From Candidatus Dormiibacterota bacterium (GTDB taxonomy: Archaea; Thermoproteota; Bathyarchaeia; 40CM-2-53-6): a stretch of 64,000 bases of DNA. This document shows positions 37,031-45,791 of the stretch, piece by piece. The position numbers and the translations under genes were made by a program. Below the pieces are notes generated by a model. The model saw only the letters and a list, made by a program, of their open reading frames with translations, searched no databases and was not told the DNA's origin. Positions within the stretch are counted from its first letter, which is position 1; the number at the start of each line of letters is the position of its first letter. The DNA lies in NCBI GenBank assembly GCA_035637535.1, contig DASPWZ010000027.1:856-64855 (forward strand), written 5' to 3'.

Positions 37031-38935
37031 CTAAGGTGTCAGAAGTCCCGGGGTCTGCAAATATTGCCTGATGCCTTCCGCTGCACGCCATGATTGTGGT
37101 CCTGCGACGTGTGTCCCCGATGGAACAGTGTCCCCGGCAGTGTTTGTGATCTCGCCCGCGGCGAAATAATTGCTTCCGATGTTCGGCCCCGGCGCCCCGG
37201 ACAGCCAGTGCTGGTTCCAGCTGTTGAACACAGAACTCGTAGGATCTTTCCCTATTCGACAACCACCACGAAGGTGGTGACCCCACCAGTCATTGTGAAC
37301 TTGCGCCGGCGTTGCTCCCACCTTGACGTTCGAGGCACCCATCTTTGTAAGAATCTGGGCTACGATCGTTGCCAGATATGTTGCCCCGTTGTACATGTTG
37401 GCTGTCCAGTCGTATGTGAGCCGGCTGAGAGGGTCTCCATAAATGTCCGTGTAGTGAGGGTCTAGGTCGACATAATGATCATATGTGGGTATGTCCGGTG
37501 CGAACGGAGTGGCACCTACGTTTGTAGTTGTTGGAAGGTACTTGTCTTTCTGTTTCGCTTTGAAGGTACCTCCGACGCCTGTGTTTGACGGGCTTACATT
37601 CCCGGCTAGCGTTATGTTGCCCGGTCCTCCGCCCGCGTATCCCCCCATGCCGATCTGGGCTCCTCCGATAAAGTTCAGGTTCGTATGATCGAAGTTGTCG
37701 TCCATGAGGTCGTAGATGTCTACGCTCCCTCCACTGGCGTTTCCCGCAGAGTACGAGTTGGCTCCGATGTTGAGCGTGCCGCTGGCTGCAGTTCCCGTGT
37801 AAGGCGCGTATCCGTTTGTTAGTCCCCTTCCGACAGAGCCAGTGCCGGTTCCGCTACTAGAGCTGTACTGATAGGGAACGCCAACGCCCGACAGGAGCAT
37901 GATTCGTATCATGTTGTATCCCCACATTCCATTGAAAAATACGTCCCCTGGTTGAATGTGCACGTTTCCCTGTGCATCATAGTAGTGTGCCTCTGTGACC
38001 GTGTGAGTGGTTGCGTCCCATACCAGACGGAAGATGTAGGCGTTTGTTACCAGCTTGAAGTTCCCGGTCGCCATTGCTGCAGGAATCGTTCGGTAGGCTG
38101 CGTTTGCTTTTGCGCCCGTCTCGCAGGCATAGTTGCAGTTTCCGCCGCAGTATCCGTCGTAGACGCATGGGTTGACCGGAACGCCGTACGGGACATTCGT
38201 GTAGGGCTGAGATGCTAGCGAACTCACATGTGGGAACGGGTGATATGAAGTGAACTTCGCGCCTTGAGGCGGAGAAGTCGCGAGGCAAGCATCTCGAAAT
38301 TGTGTCCCCACGGGTGTGAGGGGGTGTGGCGGCATCGGATATTTTGAGCCATAGCTCGAGTCCATCCATGGATAATTTAGGTCGCCGGAACTGTCATTGG
38401 GACTCCCATTGTTTGTCCCGCAGAGACCATAGACAAGCTCCCATTTATGGTAATACGGCTCGTAACCAGCGTAGTCCAAAGGCCAATCTTGAAGATCATG
38501 ATTAGGTTGTATGGTGGCAAGCTTACCCGGATACGCGGACTCGCTGAGACTCTGCTGCTTGTATCCCCACGGGCCCTGGCGTCCCATTGTTCCTCCATAA
38601 TGCTGGGCTGCGCCGCCGACACCGTGTCCGAGGGCATGGTACTGGATCGGCATCGTGTATCTTCGGACTGGGAGCGCGAACTGTGTGGGGCTGTTCCGTA
38701 TTGTTGTGGACTGGACGGGAAGAGGGCTGTCATACTTTCGTCCTAGTCCTACTCCCCATTCGTCGTATTTCGTGGTCGAGAAGTCGCTGACGTAATCCCA
38801 CCAAGGACCCTTAGTGATTGCTACTACCGAGTAGTTGTGAGAGTCACGCGCCACTTCAGCCGCGACTAGGCCGCTCATGAAACCCGCACCTAGGCAGACT
38901 AGGTTTTTGCGGGGCTCCGTAATGACGCTAGACAT
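37031..38935 (-). CDS. GMC-family FAD-dependent oxidoreductase, large subunit (gluconate 2-dehydrogenase alpha-like)
   Basis: 634 aa with an N-terminal Rossmann motif LVCLGAGFMSGLVAAE and the C-terminal GMC signature HHLRGGCRIGKDPTSSV. It has no signal peptide of its own. Confidence 0.8.
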   Translation of the reverse strand: MSSVITEPRKNLVCLGAGFMSGLVAAEVARDSHNYSVVAITKGPWWDYVSDFSTTKYDEWGVGLGRKYDSPLPVQSTTIRNSPTQFALPVRRYTMPIQYHALGHGVGGAAQHYGGTMGRQGPWGYKQQSLSESAYPGKLATIQPNHDLQDWPLDYAGYEPYYHKWELVYGLCGTNNGSPNDSSGDLNYPWMDSSYGSKYPMPPHPLTPVGTQFRDACLATSPPQGAKFTSYHPFPHVSSLASQPYTNVPYGVPVNPCVYDGYCGGNCNYACETGAKANAAYRTIPAAMATGNFKLVTNAYIFRLVWDATTHTVTEAHYYDAQGNVHIQPGDVFFNGMWGYNMIRIMLLSGVGVPYQYSSSSGTGTGSVGRGLTNGYAPYTGTAASGTLNIGANSYSAGNASGGSVDIYDLMDDNFDHTNLNFIGGAQIGMGGYAGGGPGNITLAGNVSPSNTGVGGTFKAKQKDKYLPTTTNVGATPFAPDIPTYDHYVDLDPHYTDIYGDPLSRLTYDWTANMYNGATYLATIVAQILTKMGASNVKVGATPAQVHNDWWGHHLRGGCRIGKDPTSSVFNSWNQHWLSGAPGPNIGSNYFAAGEITNTAGDTVPSGTHVAGPQSWRAAEGIRQYLQTPGLLTP

Positions 38936-38936
38936 G

Positions 38937-39854
38937 TTAGGCTCCTCCCGCCGCAGCCTGTTGATATTGGGCTAGGCTGGCGGGCTTTAGGCGAGTCGGA
39001 GTGTTAGCAACCATAAGGTCCTTCTGGCTCAAACCCTCACCGTAGGCGTTCCCTAAGTTTACGCCGTTGAATCCCATGTACTGCCATCCGACCATGTTCT
39101 GATTTCCTCCGTACAAGGGGTCCATCGTGAACCCGGCCCAAGTCATGAAGCTCAACTCATACGCAAAATCAACGGGGCGGATGTTGGTTCCGTGGTCATC
39201 CGCAAAAGTCGATGGCTTGCCGGCCCAGAGGTCTGCAAGAAGCGCCAGTTGATTGGCACCTGACAGTCTTTGGAAAGTCGTTCCATAGGCCGGAGTTTTG
39301 GTTGAATAATTCTGCACAGCTTCCAAACCAGCTTTCCAAAACGCTCTGAGGTTCAGAGCATACTGATAGTTGATGCCAGACCCAATCCTGGGAACCACGG
39401 TTCCCGAATAGTCGATCGAAGTAGGCAGAGATGGATAAAGGTCCTGATAGCGCGCGCTAGTCGGGACCCCGGTTATCGCATTCTGAGTCGGGGGTATGAA
39501 TGGTCCATCCATGAACATGTTTGCACTTTGCCCATAATCCCCTGCCAACTGTCTGTCGATAAAGTAGATCACTCCAGCCTCTTTTGCTCCGGGACCAGTG
39601 CTGTCGGATGGAATGATCGTCTCAACTATCGGTTCCAGCAGGGCTTGCTCGTTGACGCTGAGAGTAAGGAAGCCTGTTACGGTCTTGAGTTGATTCTGCA
39701 GATTTGTCAATTGCATGTTCGCATTATTCAGCTGGGTCTGCATGGATGAGTTATTGCCGGAAAAGAGAGGGATTTCCATCCCCGAGGCTGCAAGGGCACC
39801 ACCGGCTGCTGCTAATCCGATTTTGAGAAATTCTCGCCTAGTCGTCTTCGACAT
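38937..39854 (-). CDS. Tat-signal small subunit (gluconate 2-dehydrogenase subunit 3 family)
   Basis: It has a twin-arginine leader, MSKTTRREFLKIGLAAAGGALAASG. It ends 1 nt before the GMC gene start. Confidence 0.8.
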   Translation of the reverse strand: MSKTTRREFLKIGLAAAGGALAASGMEIPLFSGNNSSMQTQLNNANMQLTNLQNQLKTVTGFLTLSVNEQALLEPIVETIIPSDSTGPGAKEAGVIYFIDRQLAGDYGQSANMFMDGPFIPPTQNAITGVPTSARYQDLYPSLPTSIDYSGTVVPRIGSGINYQYALNLRAFWKAGLEAVQNYSTKTPAYGTTFQRLSGANQLALLADLWAGKPSTFADDHGTNIRPVDFAYELSFMTWAGFTMDPLYGGNQNMVGWQYMGFNGVNLGNAYGEGLSQKDLMVANTPTRLKPASLAQYQQAAAGGA

Positions 39855-40018
39855 TAAAAGCTCGTGTTTCCCCTAACCCACTCATATTTAGGATTAAGCC
39901 ATGAACTAGATAACTGAAGGAGCAAACATCCATTTTCAAATTTAGAGAAATGTTAGCCCATCTCTTTCTTCGCAAAAACTTATCTTCTTACCCGCCAACC
40001 AAACCGTAGTGCTACGAG

Positions 40019-40489
40019 TTGGGAAGCACTCCGCCAAAACTACCCTGGTACAAGAAACCCCTGATCGTTCAGATAATCGCGCCCGTCTTGATTGTGCTCG
40101 CTGTCGGTGCGTGTGTAGGTCTCGCAGGAGTTGGAGTCTCTCAACTCCTTGGAGGACCCAACGTCTTCTCAACGATGACGTCAAACGGTCCTGCGCCCAG
40201 CTCTGTAAGCGTGACTATTCTGAATGGTACTGGTATTCAGCAGTCCCTTAACTATCAACCAGCAAGCGTAACAGTCGCCAAAGGGGGCACAGTCACCTGG
40301 ACAAACAACGATTATCAAATTCCGCACACCGTCACGTCAGTTAGTGTCCCATCCGGAGGGTCAAGCTTCGACTCTGGACAGATGAATTACACCGCCACAT
40401 TCAAAGTCACATTCAGCGTAGATGGAACATACAACTACGTTTGTTCCTACCACCCCTGGATGCACGGATCAGTTATCGTCACCGGGTAA
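40019..40489 (+). CDS. Membrane-anchored type-1 (blue) copper protein, amicyanin/plastocyanin-like
   Basis: It has an N-terminal TM helix. The ligand set is His (QIPHTV) and C-x2-H-x2-M (CSYHPWM). TTG start. Confidence 0.8.
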   Translation: MGSTPPKLPWYKKPLIVQIIAPVLIVLAVGACVGLAGVGVSQLLGGPNVFSTMTSNGPAPSSVSVTILNGTGIQQSLNYQPASVTVAKGGTVTWTNNDYQIPHTVTSVSVPSGGSSFDSGQMNYTATFKVTFSVDGTYNYVCSYHPWMHGSVIVTG

Positions 40490-40666
40490 CCTTATCGGCT
40501 AATGCGAAAGAGCCGGACCGCTCGCACCCCTAGTGTGAAACCTAAGCTAGCGTGCTTCCACTCGTAAGCAAAACAGCCGAACATCTCATCGATGATTTGA
40601 AGGAAACTCATTTGCCTAATACCAACAGTTAGATTCAACTATCAGAAAAGTGATCCCAAAAGGCCG

Positions 40667-41122
40667 ATGATACCGCGGCGAGTCGTTGTCCTAGTTATCG
40701 CGATAATGGCCGTACTAATGGCTGCGATCATCGGTTATGTCTATCTCTCGTCGCTCTCTCCAGCAAATAGCGGCACCAAACCCGGAGTCACCACGATAAA
40801 CATTCCCCAAGGGTCTTACATCGAACCTTCCGGTTTCAACCTGACCCGGTTCCAGACAGAATTCGCGACGGGTGCATACCCATATCCCGTCAACATCACC
40901 GTTACAATCGGAATCAACAACACAATAGAATGGGTAAACAAGGACACCCAGCCGCACACAGCCACCGCAATCGTCGCTCCGCAAGGAATCCCGCTGTTTA
41001 ACTCCGGGCTAATCCTTCCAGGAAAAACCTTCTCCGTCACCTTGACCACTCCCGGAGCCTACAGGTACACCTGCGCATGGCATAACTGGTTGGCAGGGCA
41101 AATAATCGTCAAACGAGCATAG
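40667..41122 (+). CDS. Membrane-anchored cupredoxin with Leu at the axial-ligand position
   Basis: It has an N-terminal TM helix and His (QPHTAT). In CAWHNWL, Leu occupies the position that is Met in its neighbour. Confidence 0.75.
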   Translation: MIPRRVVVLVIAIMAVLMAAIIGYVYLSSLSPANSGTKPGVTTINIPQGSYIEPSGFNLTRFQTEFATGAYPYPVNITVTIGINNTIEWVNKDTQPHTATAIVAPQGIPLFNSGLILPGKTFSVTLTTPGAYRYTCAWHNWLAGQIIVKRA

Positions 41123-41147
41123 CCTTTGCGAACGCGCTAAGCCTTGA

Positions 41148-43604
41148 ATGGAAGTAATCGACCCGTACAGCATTACAATGTCACCTGCCCAAAATGCTGC
41201 TCCAGGCTGGCCGGGCATCGCACCGCGATGGACATCAAGCGCGAAAGAAGGGGTCGGAACCTCCGCCAGTTATCAGAGTAGAGTCTGGTTCACTATTTCT
41301 CACGGAATCCTTAACGAGGTCTACTATCCGAGGATAGACCAGGCGAATACTCGCGACATGGAATTTCTTGTCGCTGACGGTGACCAATACTTCTCTGAAG
41401 AGAAGCGAGATACTAACAGAAGAATCTCGCCCCTAGAACAAGGCGTACCCGGATACAGGCTCGTCAACTCCTGCAAGAGAGGACGTTACAGGATGACTAA
41501 GACCGTTATCACCGATCCAGAGCGAGACGTGCTCCTGCAGAAGGTCCACTTCGACACTGGCAAGGGGAAACTGGAAGATTACGGCGTCTTTGCCCTGCTT
41601 GCTCCACATATTGGAAACCGTGGCTACGGAAACAACGGATGGATCGGCGACTACAAGGGCATTCCGATGCTCTTCGCGCAGAGAGAAGGAGTCTCCCTCG
41701 CTCTGGCTTGTTCGACAGCATTCAGGAATATGAGCTGCGGATATGTAGGCGTTAGCGACGGCTGGCAGGACATCAGCGCTAACAAGAAGATGACGTGGGA
41801 ATATTCCACCGCGTCTAATGGAAACATTGCTCTGACTGCGGAACTCGACTTGACGGCGATTGATGGTGAGTGCGTCACAGCTCTTGCGTTTGGACGAACG
41901 CCAGGCGAGGCGGGGCAGCAGGCAAGGAATGCTCTGCTGAAGGACTTCGATAGAGTGCAGCAGGCATTTGTTGATGGTTGGAAGGAGCTCCAGTCGCAAA
42001 GCATGGATCTTGGGAAAATGTACGAGACGGGCTTCGACCTCTACCGCGTCAGCAATACTGTCCTCCGAACCCACGAGGAAAAATCCTACCCGGGCGCAGT
42101 GATCGCAAGCCTCTCCATACCATGGGGATTCTCCAAGAGCGACGACGACTTGGGCGGATATCATTTGATCTGGCCTAGAGATCTATCGCAAGCAGCTGGG
42201 GGGTTCATCGCATCGGGAGACACTGAACACGCTAGAGAAACCCTCCTTTACCTCATGTCCACCCAAGAGGAAGATGGCCACTGGTTGCAGAATATGTGGC
42301 TTGACGGATTACCGTATTGGGGAGGAGTGCAGATGGATGAAACAGCCTTCCCGATACTTGTCGCGGACCAGCTGAAACGTGTCGATGCTCTTTCTGGATT
42401 CGACCCGTGGTCGATGATACAACGGGCGGCAGGATATCTCGTCCGAAACGGCCCTGTCACACAGCAGGACAGATGGGAGGAAGACGGCGGATATTCTCCA
42501 TTTACTCTCGCGGCCGAGATCGCGGGATTGCTCGCAGCGGCCGATTTTGCCGAAGAGAAGGGCGACTATGCTCTGGCCTCATATCTCAGAGAGACAGCAG
42601 ACACATGGAATGAAGCAATAGAACGTTGGACCTATGTTACAGGAACAAAGCTGGCGAACCGTGTTGGAGTCAACGGATACTATGTCAGAATCGCGCCCGC
42701 GAATCCTTCCGATACTGAGCTTCCAGCTTCAGCCTTCGTCTCTCTACGAAATCGTCCTTTGGGACAAGAAGTGGTCTCGGGCGAACAAGTAGTGAGCGTG
42801 GACGCGCTCGCTCTCGTCCGTTACGGACTGCGATCGGCCAAGGACCCGCGAATCCTCGACACGGTCAAAGTGATAGATTCGATTCTTCGGAGAGAGACCA
42901 GGACAGGTCCGGTATGGCATAGGTACAACTCAGACGGCTACGGCGAACATGACGACGGTTCGCCATTCGACGGGACCGGTGTCGGAAGAGGATGGCCTCT
43001 TTTGGCGGGTGAACGCGCCCACTATGAAATAGCCAGAGGAAATGTTGAGGAAGCTGAACGGCTCTTACATGTGATCGAAGCTCAAGCCAGCCCTGGAGGA
43101 CTAATTCCAGAACAGGTCTGGGACGCGGATGACATTCCCAAGCGAGGCCTTCATAACGGTCGCCCCGCGGGTTCAGCAATGCCCCTCGTCTGGGCGCACG
43201 CGGAATACATTAAACTCGCGAGATCCATCCGGGAGCGAAAAGTCTTCGACATGCCGCCTCAACCCGTTCTTCGATACCAGACTAAGAAGACCGGCTCGAA
43301 ACTGGTAGCTTGGAGGTTTAATCAGAAGATTCGGACAATCCCGCATGGAAGAAATCTCAGAATCGAGGTGCTCGCGCCCGCGACCATCCACTGGAGCAGC
43401 GACGGTTGGAAAACCGTAAGGGATTCCAAAACCGGTGACACTGGGCTCGGAATCCATTACGCTGACCTAGAAACCGCTACCCTCTCGACTGGCGAGAATG
43501 TTATGTTCACTTTCTTCTGGCCCGAAGCTAACAAGTGGGAAGGAACCGACTTCCAAGTTGTAGTCGCAGAGCGACCAATAGCCACAGTTGAGGTTGAATC
43601 GTAA
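41148..43604 (+). CDS. GH15 glucoamylase / glucodextranase-type enzyme (bacterial-type, with N-terminal beta-sandwich and an extra C-terminal domain)
   Basis: 818 aa with GWPGIAPRWTSSAKEGVGT..., IWPRD, and RWEEDGGYSPFTLA (catalytic Glu context). About 110 extra C-terminal residues are present. The start could be ATG 41178. Confidence 0.88.
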   Translation: MEVIDPYSITMSPAQNAAPGWPGIAPRWTSSAKEGVGTSASYQSRVWFTISHGILNEVYYPRIDQANTRDMEFLVADGDQYFSEEKRDTNRRISPLEQGVPGYRLVNSCKRGRYRMTKTVITDPERDVLLQKVHFDTGKGKLEDYGVFALLAPHIGNRGYGNNGWIGDYKGIPMLFAQREGVSLALACSTAFRNMSCGYVGVSDGWQDISANKKMTWEYSTASNGNIALTAELDLTAIDGECVTALAFGRTPGEAGQQARNALLKDFDRVQQAFVDGWKELQSQSMDLGKMYETGFDLYRVSNTVLRTHEEKSYPGAVIASLSIPWGFSKSDDDLGGYHLIWPRDLSQAAGGFIASGDTEHARETLLYLMSTQEEDGHWLQNMWLDGLPYWGGVQMDETAFPILVADQLKRVDALSGFDPWSMIQRAAGYLVRNGPVTQQDRWEEDGGYSPFTLAAEIAGLLAAADFAEEKGDYALASYLRETADTWNEAIERWTYVTGTKLANRVGVNGYYVRIAPANPSDTELPASAFVSLRNRPLGQEVVSGEQVVSVDALALVRYGLRSAKDPRILDTVKVIDSILRRETRTGPVWHRYNSDGYGEHDDGSPFDGTGVGRGWPLLAGERAHYEIARGNVEEAERLLHVIEAQASPGGLIPEQVWDADDIPKRGLHNGRPAGSAMPLVWAHAEYIKLARSIRERKVFDMPPQPVLRYQTKKTGSKLVAWRFNQKIRTIPHGRNLRIEVLAPATIHWSSDGWKTVRDSKTGDTGLGIHYADLETATLSTGENVMFTFFWPEANKWEGTDFQVVVAERPIATVEVES

Positions 43605-43651
43605 GGCTTAGCCATCGCCCCCAAACCAATCCTCGAAGTGCTTCCAAAGCC

Positions 43652-45568
43652 ATGGACCCGGTCACCGAACATGAGCTGCTGACTCCCTACGACATCCACC
43701 TCTTCAAAGAAGGAAAACACTTCAAGCTCCATGAAAAACTGGGCTCACATCCGACCCACCTTGATGGAAGGGAAGGAACTCAGTTTGCGGTGTGGGCACC
43801 AAGTGCGAAACATGTCTCTGTCATCGGGGACTTCAACGAGTGGCGGTCTGGCCTACACCCGCTTAGTCTGAGAAAGGACGATTCTGGCATCTGGGAAGGG
43901 TTCATTGCCGGTCCGACAAGAGGCTCACTCTACAAGTATCACGTCGAATCGAAAGCCCATCTTGGATATTCAATGGACAAGGGCGATCCCTTCGCTCTTC
44001 ACTGGGAAATCCCGTCACGGACGGCATCAGTTGTCTGGGACCTAAAGCATTCATGGGATGATGCCGAATGGATGAGAACTCGCGCTGACAAGAACTCCCT
44101 CAACTCGCCCTTTGCCATCTACGAGATGCACATTGGATCATGGAAGCGAGTCCCGGAAGACAACAACCGGTCACTGACGTACAGAGAGACGGCCCACGAT
44201 CTACCGAGCTATCTTGAAGAGATGCGTTTCACCCACGTCGAATTCCTCCCGATTATGGAGCACCCGTACTCGCGATCGTGGGGCTACCAGACCCTCGGGT
44301 ACTTCGCACCCACAAGCCGATTTGGCATACCGGAAGATTTCATGCATCTAGTCGATGAACTTCACAGGAGAGGATTTGGAGTAATTCTCGACTGGGTCCC
44401 GTCGCATTTTCCGTCGGACGCCTATGGCCTCGCGTACTATGACGGCTCGCATCTCTTCGAGTATGCTGACCCGAAGAAGGGATACCATCCTGACTGGAAG
44501 AGCTACATTTTCGACTTTGGAAAAGGCGAGGTCCGATCCTTCCTAGCGAGCAGCGCCCTGTTCTGGTTGGATGTCTATCACGCTGACGGGCTCAGAGTCG
44601 ACGCTGTAGCATCAATGATCTATCTCGACTACTCCCGGAAGAAAGGCGAGTGGATCCCAAACCAGTATGGTGGAAGAGAGAACCTCGAGGCACTGTCTTT
44701 CATCCGAGATCTCAACCAGGCAGTATACCGTGCACACCCAGATGTGCAGATGATCGCCGAGGAATCGACGGCCTGGCCGATGGTGTCACGTCCCGTCTAT
44801 TTGGGAGGACTAGGCTTTGGAATGAAATGGAACATGGGCTGGATGCACGACACACTTGAGTATATGACGAAAGACCCGGTCTACCGGAAACACCATCATA
44901 ACCAGTTGACTTTCAGCCTCTGGTACGCTTTCGCTGAAAACTTCGTCCTTCCACTGTCGCACGATGAAGTCGTCTATGGAAAACGGTCGCTGCTCGACAA
45001 GATGCCTGGAGACACTTGGCAAAAATTTGCCAACCTCCGACTTCTCTATGGATACATGTACGGGCATCCTGGCAAGAAGCTTCTCTTCATGGGCGGGGAA
45101 TTCGGACAGTGGGACGAATGGGACTTTGAGAAGAGTCTCGACTGGCATTTGGCAAATGAACAATCGCACAAACACCTCCGGCTCTGGATCAAAGACCTCA
45201 ACACAGTCTATAACAGGGAACTAGCTATGCACCAGTTGGACTTTGAGAGACTGGGATTCGAGTGGCTTGACATCCAAGACTGGGAGAAGAGTATCATCAG
45301 CTTCTCACGTCGGGGGAGAAGCCCAGACCATCCGATCGTAGTTGTCTGCAATTTTACACCGGTGTCGCGACAGAATTACAGAGTTGGCGTCCCGACGGGT
45401 GGATACTGGAAAGAGATCCTCAACAGCGACGCATCCGAATATGGAGGAAGTGGACAAGGCAACCTCGGAGGAGTAGCCGCTGAGGCGCATCGCTATCATG
45501 GAAGAGATCATTCCGTCTCGATTATGTTGCCCCCGTATGGCGCCCTGTTCTTCAAGTCCGAGGGTTGA
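43652..45568 (+). CDS. glgB: 1,4-alpha-glucan branching enzyme (GH13)
   Basis: 638 aa with FAVWAP, YEMHIGSW, GVILDWVPSHF, DGLRVDAVASM and AEESTAWP, the canonical GlgB conserved regions I-IV. Confidence 0.93.
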   Translation: MDPVTEHELLTPYDIHLFKEGKHFKLHEKLGSHPTHLDGREGTQFAVWAPSAKHVSVIGDFNEWRSGLHPLSLRKDDSGIWEGFIAGPTRGSLYKYHVESKAHLGYSMDKGDPFALHWEIPSRTASVVWDLKHSWDDAEWMRTRADKNSLNSPFAIYEMHIGSWKRVPEDNNRSLTYRETAHDLPSYLEEMRFTHVEFLPIMEHPYSRSWGYQTLGYFAPTSRFGIPEDFMHLVDELHRRGFGVILDWVPSHFPSDAYGLAYYDGSHLFEYADPKKGYHPDWKSYIFDFGKGEVRSFLASSALFWLDVYHADGLRVDAVASMIYLDYSRKKGEWIPNQYGGRENLEALSFIRDLNQAVYRAHPDVQMIAEESTAWPMVSRPVYLGGLGFGMKWNMGWMHDTLEYMTKDPVYRKHHHNQLTFSLWYAFAENFVLPLSHDEVVYGKRSLLDKMPGDTWQKFANLRLLYGYMYGHPGKKLLFMGGEFGQWDEWDFEKSLDWHLANEQSHKHLRLWIKDLNTVYNRELAMHQLDFERLGFEWLDIQDWEKSIISFSRRGRSPDHPIVVVCNFTPVSRQNYRVGVPTGGYWKEILNSDASEYGGSGQGNLGGVAAEAHRYHGRDHSVSIMLPPYGALFFKSEG

Positions 45569-45589
45569 AGAGACCGGAGACTCTCTGTC

Positions 45590-45784
45590 CTAAGTTACTG
45601 AGCGTCCGGCTCCTTGTATGATCGAATAGAGGCCCATGCCGATGAGCCCTGCAGCCACAAAACCGAAGACCAAGACCGCTAGCCAGACGTAGGATGGTCC
45701 TTGGACCGCGAACGCAATCAGCCCAAGCAGGATGACACCACCTAGGACGCTTGTCACCAGTCCAGCCTTGACGCCTTCATCCAA
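45590..45784 (-). CDS. Small 2-TM membrane protein
   Basis: 64 aa with two hydrophobic helices. It lies directly downstream of the glycogen synthase gene on the same strand. Confidence 0.4.
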   Translation of the reverse strand: MDEGVKAGLVTSVLGGVILLGLIAFAVQGPSYVWLAVLVFGFVAAGLIGMGLYSIIQGAGRSVT

Positions 45785-45791
45785 TCAATTA

